A stretch of DNA of 63,994 nt, counting the filler, from Piptocephalis cylindrospora (taxonomy: Eukaryota), in assembly GCA_003614145.1 (NCBI GenBank). It is 16 parts of 16 records of this genome, joined end to end, with 100 filler letters (N's around TTAATTAATTAA, not from the genome) between each part and the next. Parts side by side here need not be neighbours in the genome. Positions count along the whole stretch, not along the records: positions 24,522 to 28,489 come from KZ988589.1; positions 28,590 to 32,556 come from KZ988590.1; positions 32,657 to 36,622 come from KZ988591.1; 13 more parts are not named here. The stretch is one strand, 5' to 3'. A program made the position numbers and the translations under genes. Below the pieces are notes generated by a model that saw only the letters and a program-made list of their open reading frames with translations, searched no databases and was not told the DNA's origin. The stretch's first letter is position 1. Each line of letters opens with the position of its first letter. This document shows positions 24,522 through 35,383 of this stretch, piece by piece.

Positions 24522-27114
24522 GTTCCTTTCTTATACTTTATTTCAAAGTCATATTCGGATAGGGTGAGGAGCCATCGTTGAATTCGAGGGGTTGGGTGAG
24601 GAGTTTTAAGCACAACCTTTAGGGCCTGATGATCCGTATAAATTACAACATGATGATGCAAGATATAAGGTCGGAATACCTTTAGAGCCCATACTAATCC
24701 TAGAAATTCTCGCTCATAAGTTGAATACCGGCTTTCGATGCTTGACAAGGCTCTACTGGCGAACTGAATAGGCCTTTGCTTAGGAGCCTGAGACAGTACA
24801 GCTCCTAGGGCGACACCTGAAGCGTCTACGTGAAGATCGTAGTGCCCTCCATGGTCATCAGGGTGTTGAAGAACAATGTCTTTCTCAAACCGTCGCTTGA
24901 GTTCTTGCATTGCTTGGGTGGCTTCATCGGTCCATCGAAAAGGTTTGGAAGTACGGGTAAGATCAAAGAGAGGAGAAACACAATGGGCGTATTTGGCGAT
25001 GAATTTACGGTAGAATCCACAAAGGCCTAAGAATTGACGGATTTCTTTGCGTGTGGTAGGCTGTGGCCATTGTTGAATTATCGACACCTTTTCCGGATCT
25101 GGAGATATTCCTTCAGTGCTCACCACATGTCCGAGAATCTTAAGGCATTGGAATCCAATCTTGCATTTGCCGCGGTTGAGACTAAGGTTGGCTTTATCCA
25201 CTGCCTTCAGGAACCGTTGAACTCTTTGATAATGCTCTTCCTCAGTGGCACCATAAATGATCACATCATCTATGTACACCATTCCTCCTTGCATGTTAAG
25301 ATCTCCCAAAAGGTCCACCATAAGCCGCTGAAATGTCGCTGGAGCATTTTTCAATCCAAAGGGCATTCGAGTCCATTCATACAGCCCAAAATCAGAGATA
25401 AAGGCGGTTTTGTGTTGATCTTCTGGCCTTACCTTGATTTGCCAGTAACCTCGAAAGCAATCCAGGATACTGAATATTTTGCCTCCGCTAAGGGTGTCGA
25501 GTAGTGTAGAAATGAGCGGTAATGGAAAAGCATCCATCGTCGTAATACTGTTGAGTTTTCTGTAGTCACAACATAAACGCCATTTAGGAGCCGTATCCTC
25601 GAGGTTGTCGTACTGTTCCGAAATCCGTTTGATCGTATTCCTTTTCTCAGCTTCCTCTCGATTTACCGCATCAGTAGCTCGTTCCACTAAAACAATCCCG
25701 GACGCCCATGGACTCTTGGATGGCATGATCAGATTTTGCTTCAGTAATTTCCCGATTTCTTGTTGAATCCATTCTCGTTCACGAAGGGTGGTACGGTAGA
25801 GACGGGTCCTAAAGGGTGGGTGTTCCTGAGTCTCGATGGTATGTTCAACTAGTGATGTGAACCCCACTTCAGACAAATCTTTCACAAAAACATTACCATG
25901 TAAACCTAGAAGCTGAATAAGAGCTTGGAACCCCGATGGTTGCAAGTGGGAATTCATCTTAAATCCAGCTTCCTGAGCTTGGCGATCTTGAGCTTGAGAC
26001 AATGGGGTGTCACATGTAAGCAGGCTCGCAACTTCACACGGCTCAGCCATCATGGAATATACCTCCTTGATGCTATCCATCTCGCTACCGTTTTCCCCTC
26101 TCGTCGTCTCGTTCTCCTCATCATCAAAATGCATGGTTCCACTCCCTTGGAATGAATCACTCTCAACTTCATCGTAGCCGCTTCCATTCGTTTCGTCACT
26201 ATCCTCTTCTTCATCTCCTTCTTCCCCATCATCATCCCCATCGTTATCCCCTTCATAAAACACCTCATTATACTCTTCCTGACTATCTTGCTTCTTGCCA
26301 ATGTTTGCCATTCTGACCGGAAGAACACTCATACGTCCTTTTTGATCTTGAAGTATGACACGCTGGGACCTAAAATCCATTCGCGCCTTGGCTTGCATCA
26401 GGAATTCCGTCCCCAGAATGACAGTTGTATCCTTCATGTCGGCTACTAAAAAAGAAGTCCTTAGTCTAAACTTTTCAAACTCTACCTCAATGTCCGGTAT
26501 TGTTCCTAGAGCACGAGCCTCCTTGCCATCTGCGTATCGTAGAATTTGACTTGCGCCGGTGATTTGATTTTTGTACCATCGATCAGCGATCGTCTTGGGC
26601 ATCACATTAGCGGCGGCACCGCTATCAATCAGTACCTCCATCTGACGTCCATCCAATAACATTGTAGCCTTGGCGTTTTGAAATGTGACGCCTTCCTTGG
26701 GATATGATTCCACACTTACATTGGCAGCTGGAACTTCATTCTTGTCCTTTCTCTTTCTCCGGGGCTGGATATGAGATGACAGTAGCTTTCGAGTATTGGG
26801 ACTCACTTCCAATAGCTGAGCCATGGTGATATTTGGTTTTATTTGATCCAAGTCCGCCGCCAGATCATAATGATCGTTCATCTTCGTAGATAGGCGTAGC
26901 GGAGTTAAACCTTCGGATGGCTTGGTACCTAATTCCTGCTGCACACGCTTCTTCCTTTTCTGACTCACGCTCTGCTTCTTGTCCTTTGTTCGCTCACCAG
27001 GATCACTTTCTACTCTCCTTCTTTTTATCTCCTCTGCATTTACTTCCACAGATCCAACGGGGTTTCGATGATTTGTCGACGACTGACCCGCTACAGTCGC
27101 CGATCCCCGTTTAA
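24522..27114 (-). CDS. pol: Pol of element B (protease, RT, RNase H; 3'-truncated), in the -1 frame relative to gag
   Basis: LIDSGA aspartic protease, CDYRKLN, MPFGLKNAPATFQR, YIDD, VDASG, EREFLG and TDH. The frame is open from the slippery site onward. Confidence 0.94.
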
Positions 27115-27115
27115 A
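27056..27115 (-). promoter_or_regulatory. -1 programmed ribosomal frameshift signal (UUUAAAC plus predicted pseudoknot)
   Basis: Heptamer at 27109..27115 in gag phase; stem 1 at 27094..27103/27076..27085; loop-tail pairing at 27087..27092/27056..27061. Confidence 0.88.
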
Positions 27116-28251
27116 GGCTCAATGTTGGATCCAGTGGCAGGCCTCGTAGCAGATGGTTCTTGAAAAGTCGCCGGGTTCGCTGAATGTTCAGGAATAGGGT
27201 TACGCTGGAATGTCGGATCAGGCATAGGTGGTGGAGCAGGATGTTGTGACCGAGGACAATGCGAAACTTCATGACCAACCTCGTGGCAGATGGGGCATCG
27301 GTAGGGACAGTTCCAGGCAAGATGACCAGGTTGATGGCACTTGAAACATGTTCGCGTATCCTGTCGTGGATGAGAAGGCCCAAAAGACGGATTCTTCAAA
27401 GGGTAATTCATACGAGGAGCTTGGTGATTCGAGTACGAATGGGATACTGGGTAAGGGTTTCTTTGATAGGCTTGGTGGTTCATTGATAAAACACTAATAC
27501 TCTGCGTAAGTTCCTTCATCATATCCTTCGTCTCGCTGATCATCTGTCGAAGGTCTTCGGAATCTTGGCTTCTGGCAGAATTTTCCACAGATGGAACCTT
27601 GGTTGCTGTACTAAGCATGGATGAAGCAAGCACTGCATCCTTTTTGAGAAGTTGTTGTTGATTCTCACAGTTTTGGACGCAGGTAACCAGGGCAATCATC
27701 GACTGGGGAGAGGCGACACTCACGAGGAGACGGATACTTGGCTGAAGTCCGTTGATAATCTTCCTAACTCGTAAGAGTTCTGGGGTAAGCCTGGCAGGAT
27801 CGGCCATCTTGTACAATTGCTGCATGTCTTCGATGTACTGTATCGCACTCTCATTTGGGTGTTGTTGACGGGCATCCAGCTTATCCACCCACTGATACAC
27901 GTACTCAGCAGTGATATACCTTGCGCGAAAATCCGGAACAAAGTAATGAGCATTGGCTACTGGAGCAGCGTTTGGGACTACATCCCATCCGGCGAAGGTG
28001 GTCGAATCGAACCACAGAAGGGGTTCTCCAGCAAGAAAGGCTTGGATTACTTCAGCATGACGGTTCCAGTTTTGATTCCAATGATTCAATCGACTCGCCT
28101 TGGTGAACTCTTCGAGCCACATGATAGGATTGTCTCGGTTTAATCCTTCAAACACACTTGGAATTTTGTAATTGTGCTCAGGGAGTTGACGGGGTGCACC
28201 ATCGGCAGGAGCGGGAGGAGGGGCAGGAGCAGCAGCGGGTGGGATAGCCAT
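27091..28251 (-). CDS. gag: Gag of element B with two CCHC zinc knuckles
   Basis: Capsid-like region (WLEEF, QQHPNESAIQY, IINGLQPSIR), then CFKCHQPGHLAWNC and CPICHEVGHEVSHC. Confidence 0.93.
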   Translation of the reverse strand: MAIPPAAAPAPPPAPADGAPRQLPEHNYKIPSVFEGLNRDNPIMWLEEFTKASRLNHWNQNWNRHAEVIQAFLAGEPLLWFDSTTFAGWDVVPNAAPVANAHYFVPDFRARYITAEYVYQWVDKLDARQQHPNESAIQYIEDMQQLYKMADPARLTPELLRVRKIINGLQPSIRLLVSVASPQSMIALVTCVQNCENQQQLLKKDAVLASSMLSTATKVPSVENSARSQDSEDLRQMISETKDMMKELTQSISVLSMNHQAYQRNPYPVSHSYSNHQAPRMNYPLKNPSFGPSHPRQDTRTCFKCHQPGHLAWNCPYRCPICHEVGHEVSHCPRSQHPAPPPMPDPTFQRNPIPEHSANPATFQEPSATRPATGSNIEPLNGDRRL

Positions 28252-28371
28252 TTGTTTGGATTGGATATTTGGAAATATGGCGGAACAGCAGATTTTGAAT
28301 GTATTTTTGAATTTTAAAAAAAGGAAAGAGTTCAGTTTTTGGAGGAATTTTGGATCCACTGAAATTTTTAA

Positions 28372-28390
28372 ATCCACAGAAGCTGCACCA
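28372..28390 (-). promoter_or_regulatory. Primer-binding site, tRNA-Phe-like
   Basis: TGGTGCAGCTTCTGTGGAT lies 2 nt after LTR-terminal ...CAACA. Its complement ATCCACAGAAGCTGCACCA resembles the yeast tRNA-Phe 3' end (AUCCACAGAAUUCGCACCA). Confidence 0.8.
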
Positions 28391-28392
28391 GT

Positions 28393-28489
28393 TGTTGCGT
28401 AGGGGGTTTTGAACAGTGAAAAGATTCAATGAAGTCCTAGCAATGGCACGAGGGCCTAACTTTCACTTGGGGAAATTGGGAACGGGAAT
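28393..28489 (-). repeat. 3' end (U5) of the 5' LTR of element B
   Basis: Ends ...CCTACGCAACA just before the PBS; truncated by the contig end. Confidence 0.7.
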
Positions 28490-28589
28490 NNNNNNNNNNN
28501 NNNNNNNNNNNNNNNNNNNNNNNNNNNNNNNNNTTAATTAATTAANNNNNNNNNNNNNNNNNNNNNNNNNNNNNNNNNNNNNNNNNNNN

Positions 28590-29548
28590 ATGTAGCCTCC
28601 GGCAGCGCCAAAGCTCTTGGTGAAGGTGCCCATGAGGATGTCGACCTTGGAGGGGGGGATGCCAAAGTAGTCGCACATGCCCCGACCGGAGGGACCCATG
28701 GCGCCGATGGAGTGGGCCTCATCGAGGTAGAGGTAGAACTTGTACTTGTCCTTGAGAGCGACGATACCGGGGAGATCACAAAAGTCACCTTCCATGGAGT
28801 AGAGACCCTCGACCACGACGAGGATCTTCCTCCAGGGCCTATGGGTACGAAGCTGGCCCTCGGCGATGCAATTACGAAGGACGCGTTCGAGATCCTTGAC
28901 ATCATTGTGCTTGAAGACACGGATGACGGCGCCGGAGAGACGGGCGCCGGCGACGAGGGAGGCGTGATTGAGCTCATCGGAGATCAGGAGGGAGCCCTTG
29001 CCCACGAGGGCAGGGAGGGTAGTGGAGTTGGTGGCGTAGCCCATGGAGACAACCATGGCATCCTCAGTCCCGAGGAATCCGGCGGCGCACGACTCGACCT
29101 CACGATGCAGGGCGCTGGTTCCGGCGTCCATACGGGAGGAGGCGTAGGCGTTACCGATGGCGGAGACTCTGTATTCGACGGCATCGGCGCAATGGCCCTT
29201 GGCCTGGGCGAATCCGAGATAATTGTAGGAGGAGAGGTTGAGGACGGTCTTGGATTGACCCGTGTACTGGTAGGTGTGGTTGTAGTCTGGGGAGGTACGG
29301 TGGAGGACGGCGATGGTGCGACCGGGGACGCCGGTGACGGGACGGGAGAAGCAGTCTCGGATACGGTAGTAGAGTCGACGGGTGTAGAGGGATTCGAACT
29401 GGGAGATGATGGGGGCGTAGCCTTTTTGCTCGGAGAGAAAGGCGTAGTAGGTGGGGTTGAGGAGGATGCCGAAGAAGTCACGAATGTGGCCCGTGAGGAT
29501 GAGGATGGCGTAGGAGAGATAGGTGGTGAGGAGGGTGAAGAGAGGGAC
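28590..29548 (-). CDS. LCB2: Serine palmitoyltransferase catalytic subunit, internal fragment
   Basis: YTRRLYYRIRDCFSRP, NLSSYNYLGFA, SDELNHAS, VEGLYSMEG, DEAHSIGA and GTFTKSFG (PLP lysine). Confidence 0.95.
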
Positions 29549-29951
29549 CCTGAATCTGAAGAAGACACTTGACCCGTTCAATCGGTGTCATGAGTGCAGT
29601 GGTCGGTAGGGCCGAGAAGCCCCCGGTAAAGCACATCTCAGCCGTCGTCAGCTTATCACCCGCCTTCTTCCCGGTACCCCACCGTGCCAGCCTCTGTCCC
29701 ATATCGTAGCCCCAGAAGCACATGGCGTACACGGGAGTGATCCCCACAAGGGGAGCCAGCATCCCACGGTAGAGACCCCGGACCCCATCCTTGGCCACGG
29801 TCTGACGGAAGCAATCCACCGTGCCCGAGTACGTCGTCGACGTCTGGAGTCGGACCTTGATCAGGTCCAGGGGATGACCTGCCGCCACGAGGCACATGCC
29901 ACCAAAACCGCCTGAAATGAAGGATTTGACAGCAGAGGGTTGCTCAGACAT
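29549..29951 (-). CDS. CRC1: Mitochondrial carnitine/acylcarnitine carrier, N-terminal half only
   Basis: KSFISGGFGGMCLVAAGHPLDLIKVRLQ, GLYRGMLAPLVGITP and PIERVKCLLQIQ; similarity ends abruptly at the LCB2 junction. Confidence 0.88.
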
Positions 29952-30016
29952 AGTGATGGGGGCTAGTTATAGGACAAGAAGGGTGGGGTAGGAGACGCGG
30001 ACGGAGAGAGGAAGGG

Positions 30017-30086
30017 GGAGGGATGAGAGAAGGCCGGCGGAGGGATGGGAGAAGGCAGGCGGAGGGATGGGAGAAGGCAGGCGGAG
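30017..30086. repeat. 22-bp tandem repeat (~3.2 copies) upstream of the CRC1 start
   Basis: Units of GGAGGGATG(A/G)GAGAAGGC(C/A)GGC at 30017, 30039 and 30061. Confidence 0.85.
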
Positions 30087-30408
30087 ACCGGGGGACCCAT
30101 CTGGATCCGCGTCCTTGGGTCTTTAATAGCAGGAAATGCGTGTGTGTGTGTATGTAGGTGGATGTGCATGTGTATGTGTATATGTGGGTTGTGTGTGCTG
30201 CTTGTGGTGTTGGAAACGGACGATGCATGACCCGATGCTGCAGGAGCGAGCCAGATGCGCACTAGAGTTTAAACCCATTTGCTCATCTCTTTCCCACCTG
30301 CACATACAGGGTCTGGCGCATGTGTGTGCAAGACGTGAGTCGTCTCTCCCCTCGTAGACGGGGTGGGAATGTGTCTGTGAATGTCTCTCTTCTACTTGGA
30401 AGGATCCG

Positions 30409-30439
<31 letters not shown>

Positions 30440-31905
30440 CCCCCGTGTGTGGGGTATGGAGAAGGGAAAAGGACACGCGCCACATCCACGGAGCCGGGAC
30501 TTGCCGATGGTAATGACAGGGTGCAAGTAAGGAGAGTACGCTTGATCCGTTCAGCATGTGAATCATTGACGTCAAGCTCATCCTTCCCTGATGAGATGTG
30601 AGGATCCGTGGCGCACGGCTTGTGGAGACACATCGGTGGGTCGAGCATCCAGTCCAGGGTTCTCATCATTGACACTATCCTTCCTTTTAGTAGCGGCATT
30701 ATTAAGAAGAGAAAGAGAAGCTCAGCTTTTATTGTACGGATCTACGTTCAGGGGCTACTGAGATAACGATCCGCGCACACACGGCAGTATTATTAAGAAT
30801 GAATCGGAAGCATGCAGAGAACTGTCACCAACCCATGATACCGGAGGGGGACAGATTGGATCTCCTCCTCCCAACAACAACAACAATAACACTAACACTA
30901 ACCCTATCAATCGCTAGCGAGGGTGGACGGGCTTTCTCTCTCACCCCACATCCAACTCGTTTTTGTCCTCGGCGACACGGCTCGACAGGATCATCCGCTC
31001 CCTCGGACGACCATGTCTCCTTCCATACATCTCTCTCGCTCCAGATCGCACATCCTGGCTGCTCTGAGCGATGGAGCGCTACGGGGAAAGGCAATGCACC
31101 TCCAAGATGCCAAGATCCTTGGATGTACCAAGTCGAGCGGTGTGAGCTCTCAGACATAATATCGCCCCGAACCTTGGAGTAGACAGCAGAACCATCCATA
31201 TTTCTGTTCTTTACCCCCTCATTAATATGGGTCAAGTCACTCTCCTCATCTCCTCCAATCTATTAACATGCACCAGGTCCCCTTGCACAGTAGACACACT
31301 TCTCAAGTGTCACAAAAGTATCAGCAGATAATCCAGCAAAAGGGATACCCCCTCCTGCGCATCTTTCCTACACCAATCATGCAAAACTCGCTGAGATCTC
31401 CCTGCTCCCTAGCCCAACCGCCCAGTTCCCGTGTGACAACAGCCCACACAGGTGCCTATTGAACCCCCTGTTCTGCACTGTACTTCCCTTTTCTATCCCC
31501 CTGCACACACGCCTTTCACACCTCCCCATCCCTTTCACTGCTTCCTTAATAGGACGCCGTTCTTCATAGGAATGACTGATCAAAGCAGGCTGAGAGGCGC
31601 AGACCCCGCCTGCAGGACGGAAGGAGGCCGTTGAGAGAGAGAGAGAGGCTGCTACGGACATTTTCTCGGACCATCCAGCCATCGAGTGAAGTGATAGAAA
31701 AAGGCCGTGATGTTCTAGGCCGAGGGATCAGAGTCTTGTCACCCACCCCCTCTCCCCCTCCTCTCCTTGCACAGTCTCTCTCCCCACCCCCCTCCCTTTC
31801 CTTCCCTCCCCTTTTGTCCACATATCCACCGTTTATCCCATACACCCTGGATTAGCCCCACCATCCCTCTTCCCATCCTCCTTAGCACATTCTCCTGTCC
31901 AAGAC

Positions 31906-32521
31906 ATGGCCAATATCCTTATCTTTGGCGGGGTGAGCCCTCTGGGGAAGAACATTGCTTTGGCCGCCCTGCAGCGAGGTACATATGCGCGGATCCGGGT
32001 GGTCGACACTCAAGTCCCGGAAACGGCATTCTTTCAGGATTGGGAACGAAAGGCCTTTCGTCAGGTCGAGGTCTTACAAATGAACCTAGGATATAAAGGT
32101 GAGAGATCCCTACATCTTAGCATCATGCACTCTTCCGGTCCGAAAGGGCATCCACGGTGTCTGGCGCGCCCATTTCGAGGAGCCATGTCCACTCACCCTC
32201 CTTTGTCCCCTCTCCACAGAGGAAGCCGATGAACGTCTTGCCAAGGTGTTCCACCTCCCCGATCAGCAAAAATGGGATGTGGTGGTCAGCGCTTACTTTG
32301 ACTATCATCTCCATGGAAAATACAGTGTAAGGGGAGATGGAACGAGACAGGTCACATCACGTCTCTCTTTCACACACGGCTCACACTCTTCCCCTCTCCT
32401 TCAGGAACATGTTGAGCTGTTTAGACGTAGAGCATGGCAGATCGCCGTATCTGCCCAGGCTTATGGTTGCGGAGTGATGATCTACTTGATGCAAATGGGG
32501 GTGGTCAAATGGAGCCCCAAG
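31906..32521 (+). CDS. Extended-SDR / NAD-dependent epimerase-like protein, N-terminal exons
   Basis: ILIFGGVSPLGKNI degenerate Rossmann motif, IRVVD and WDVVV; the gene runs into an intron at the contig end. Confidence 0.65.
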
Positions 32522-32869
32522 GTGAGTGTCACTTGATCCACACGTCCCATCCAGGGNNNNNNNNNNNNNNNNNNNNNNNNNNNNNNNNNNNNNNNNNNNN
32601 TTAATTAATTAANNNNNNNNNNNNNNNNNNNNNNNNNNNNNNNNNNNNNNNNNNNNATTTCACCACCCCACCTTACACCATATGCTATTAGGGAGCTCTC
32701 ACCTCTATTGCATGCTGGGGTGGCAAAGTTAATGGTATTTCATCATCTTCTCTCTATCAGATGATCGACGATTAGCACGATCAATGCTGTGACATTCAAG
32801 AAACTCTCATCTCTCTCCCTACTTGATAGGACGCACAAGCCACCATCAAACCTGTGAACCGATCCTTGT

Positions 32870-33748
32870 TTATAAGGCCTTGTTTGGGAGTCGTTCCTGG
32901 AAAAAGGAAAGGACATCCCGCATCTCCTGGGGACAGGAACCATGAGGCATGCCTGAGTAGATACGGGAGTCTACGGAGTAGCCCTTGCTCTTGAGAGCCT
33001 CCACGGAAAGGCTTCCCCATTCGGGCCTCACTACCTCATCGATATCACCATGGCCCCAAAAGATGGGGGTGCGCTTGCTGGCATCGGAGGTCATGGAGAA
33101 GATTTTGGCGCGGAGAGGTAAATATCCACTCAAGCAGCAAATGCCTGCCAGGCCATACTCCATAGTGAGGGCAGCTACTAGAGAGACGGCACATCCCTGG
33201 GAGAATCCCCCGAGGAGGATACGGGAGGCAGGGATGCCTCCATTTACCTCTTTGCTAACAATTTCCGTAACTGAATGGGTGTGACATTAGGACAAGTCCT
33301 TTAGCCCGACAGGAGAATACTCTTTCCCTTCCATCCAAGTGCCCTAGCTTACTTTGAGAGCTCGAAGCCAAAAGGCCACGCTCGTCATCTGGGCTAGCCT
33401 GGTCTAAGGCGACAATGTCATACCAGGAGGGCATACGCATGCCCATATTAATGGTAACCTTCTGCTTTGGGGCGTTGGGCAAGATGAACTTGACGTGGGG
33501 AAGCTGACGGCCGAGTTGCTCGGTCATATCGGACCTGATAGAGTATTGGTAGGTAGGATGAAGATTAGGTGGGATGAGGATTAGGTGGGACGAGGATTAT
33601 CATCCGTGGGACTTGGCCAAAACACTCTGAGCCTTCCGCCATCTTACCAGCCTTCTCCAGAGTCCCCGAGGCCATGGAGGAAAATGACGGTAGCAGTGTG
33701 AGTACCACGCGCTGCCTGAACAACGCTAGTAAGTGCTTTACTTGCCAT
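32870..33748 (-). CDS. Acyl-protein thioesterase 1 / lysophospholipase (LYPLA family), 4 exons
   Basis: VIFLHGLGDSG, FILPNAP, GMRMPSWYDI, GGFSQG nucleophile, GHGDIDEVV and GMPH. Confidence 0.94.
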
Positions 33749-35383
33749 GCCGTGAGAGGTTTGAGGATGGGAGTGAGGTAGATGCGCGTTGGAGAAGCGG
33801 GGGAGGAAGGAAGCTAGAGTAACCACAATGCCATGGTACACACAGGCTGCTGTCACCTCTTTTGGCGCACCTTTCAGGGACGGACTGGATGATTCACTTG
33901 ACAATCTGTGCATCTGATTGATGCATGATAATTACCTCATCTCACCTTGCTCTACCGCTATCTCCTCCAGGCTGACAGTGACTCTATGCCATATAGCCAG
34001 TGCATACACTGGCTACTCCCTGCATATATCGTTTTCTACCGCCGACGCTATGAGGCGGTCCATTGTCACTGGCAAACCCCTGCCAGTAGTGGAAGAAGAG
34101 AGGTGACCGTGTATGCTTGGATGAAATATTGACCCAATATTCTTATATGCACACAGAGTAAGGAAGGACATTTGCATAACAGCAGCTTAAACTTCAAATG
34201 TGCCGGCAAGAGGTAAAGAGTAAAAATCTTTAGGATCCATCGCTACATCCGGTAGATTTTCTTGAAAAGGAAGGTAGTCTCCACTATATCCCCGTGTCTC
34301 ATGCTTTTACCCCTACTCATCTATCCTACTTAATCTAGGCTGAGCTATTCTCTAGGATGATGCTTGGCAGGATGAGTCGGGTCTGCGGAGGATGGATACA
34401 CCCGCCTCTCGGATGGTGCATGGTAGGACCGGGACATGTGCACGGTTGAGACGTCGTCTCTTAAGACGATTAAGCGGAGAGGATAGAGAGGGAATCACTT
34501 TTGTTCTCCATATTACCCCCCTTTACGGATTCTGACTCGTGGTTCATTCGGGCCGACGGTACACCGAGTGCAACCGAAGGCGGGGGATATCTTTCCTTCC
34601 TTCATCCATCTCTTTCTATGTCTCTCTCATCTATACACTGAGCAACAGAAGGGAGGAGTGGCTGCTGCTTGTGCCTCACGTGGAAGGTGCCCAATTTTCT
34701 TGCTTTGCCTAGCGGCCTCCCACTTTGCATAGCAGCCTCATGCTGTAAGACTAGCAGGGGCAGCCTCTGTATGGCAACTGTCCTGTAAGGATGGGAGAAA
34801 CGGGAAGCAATATCCAATTTTTAAAGGGTCCATAAAGTCAATGGTAGGCTAGTCTGGATGCGGAGTTGTCGGGAGGGGACGGAAGGGACAAGGCGTGACA
34901 CCGGGCATGAACGACCAGAAGAAGGAAAGGAGATAAATGTGACACCAAGAAAGGGCATAGGACGAATGATGAGGCGGCTGGTCAAATGCTCAGGGATCGG
35001 CGGAGACCTGCAAGGGGGCAGGGAGGGGCAGGGCTAGCGGTTTTATCTGGACCCCAATGATGATACATTCACCCAATCTTGCCCGTTCGGAGTTAACGGG
35101 CCAGAGAGGATGGGAGGCGGACCTTTACAAAACGGCACTGCTCATTATAGCATGGCCTTGTTCTGTCTTGGTATTTCCAGCTAAATGCATACCTCAGCCT
35201 TTTTCCCTTTGACTCCTCCCCGGTCTTCCTTGCCTTATTCTCTTTATCTTTTTCATCTTCTCTTCCTCCCTTACTTCTTGATACACTCGCTGCCCACGCC
35301 CATTCCTTCCTTTTGTCTCGTCATTCCATCCTATACCCTGGAGACCTTATCGACCTTCTAGATACCTTCCTCGCCGTATCCCG

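Larger units (their letters stand above)
24522..28489 (-). mobile_element. Ty3/Gypsy LTR retrotransposon B, 5' part (LTR end, PBS, gag, -1 frameshift, PR-RT-RH)
   Basis: All canonical 5' elements are present in order. Its RT differs from that of element A. Confidence 0.96.

Noticed and set aside
4097..28489. Elements A and B as two halves of one retrotransposon
   Set aside because: Both contain RT and RNase H, and the sequences clearly differ (YLDD versus YIDD regions).
28712..29572. 286-aa plus-strand ORF and 194-aa S/P-rich ORF 28984..29568
   Set aside because: These are antisense and alternative-frame shadows of the codon-biased LCB2 sequence.
30570..30620. CTGATGAG as a hammerhead ribozyme core
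   Set aside because: No correctly placed GAAA or supporting stems were found.
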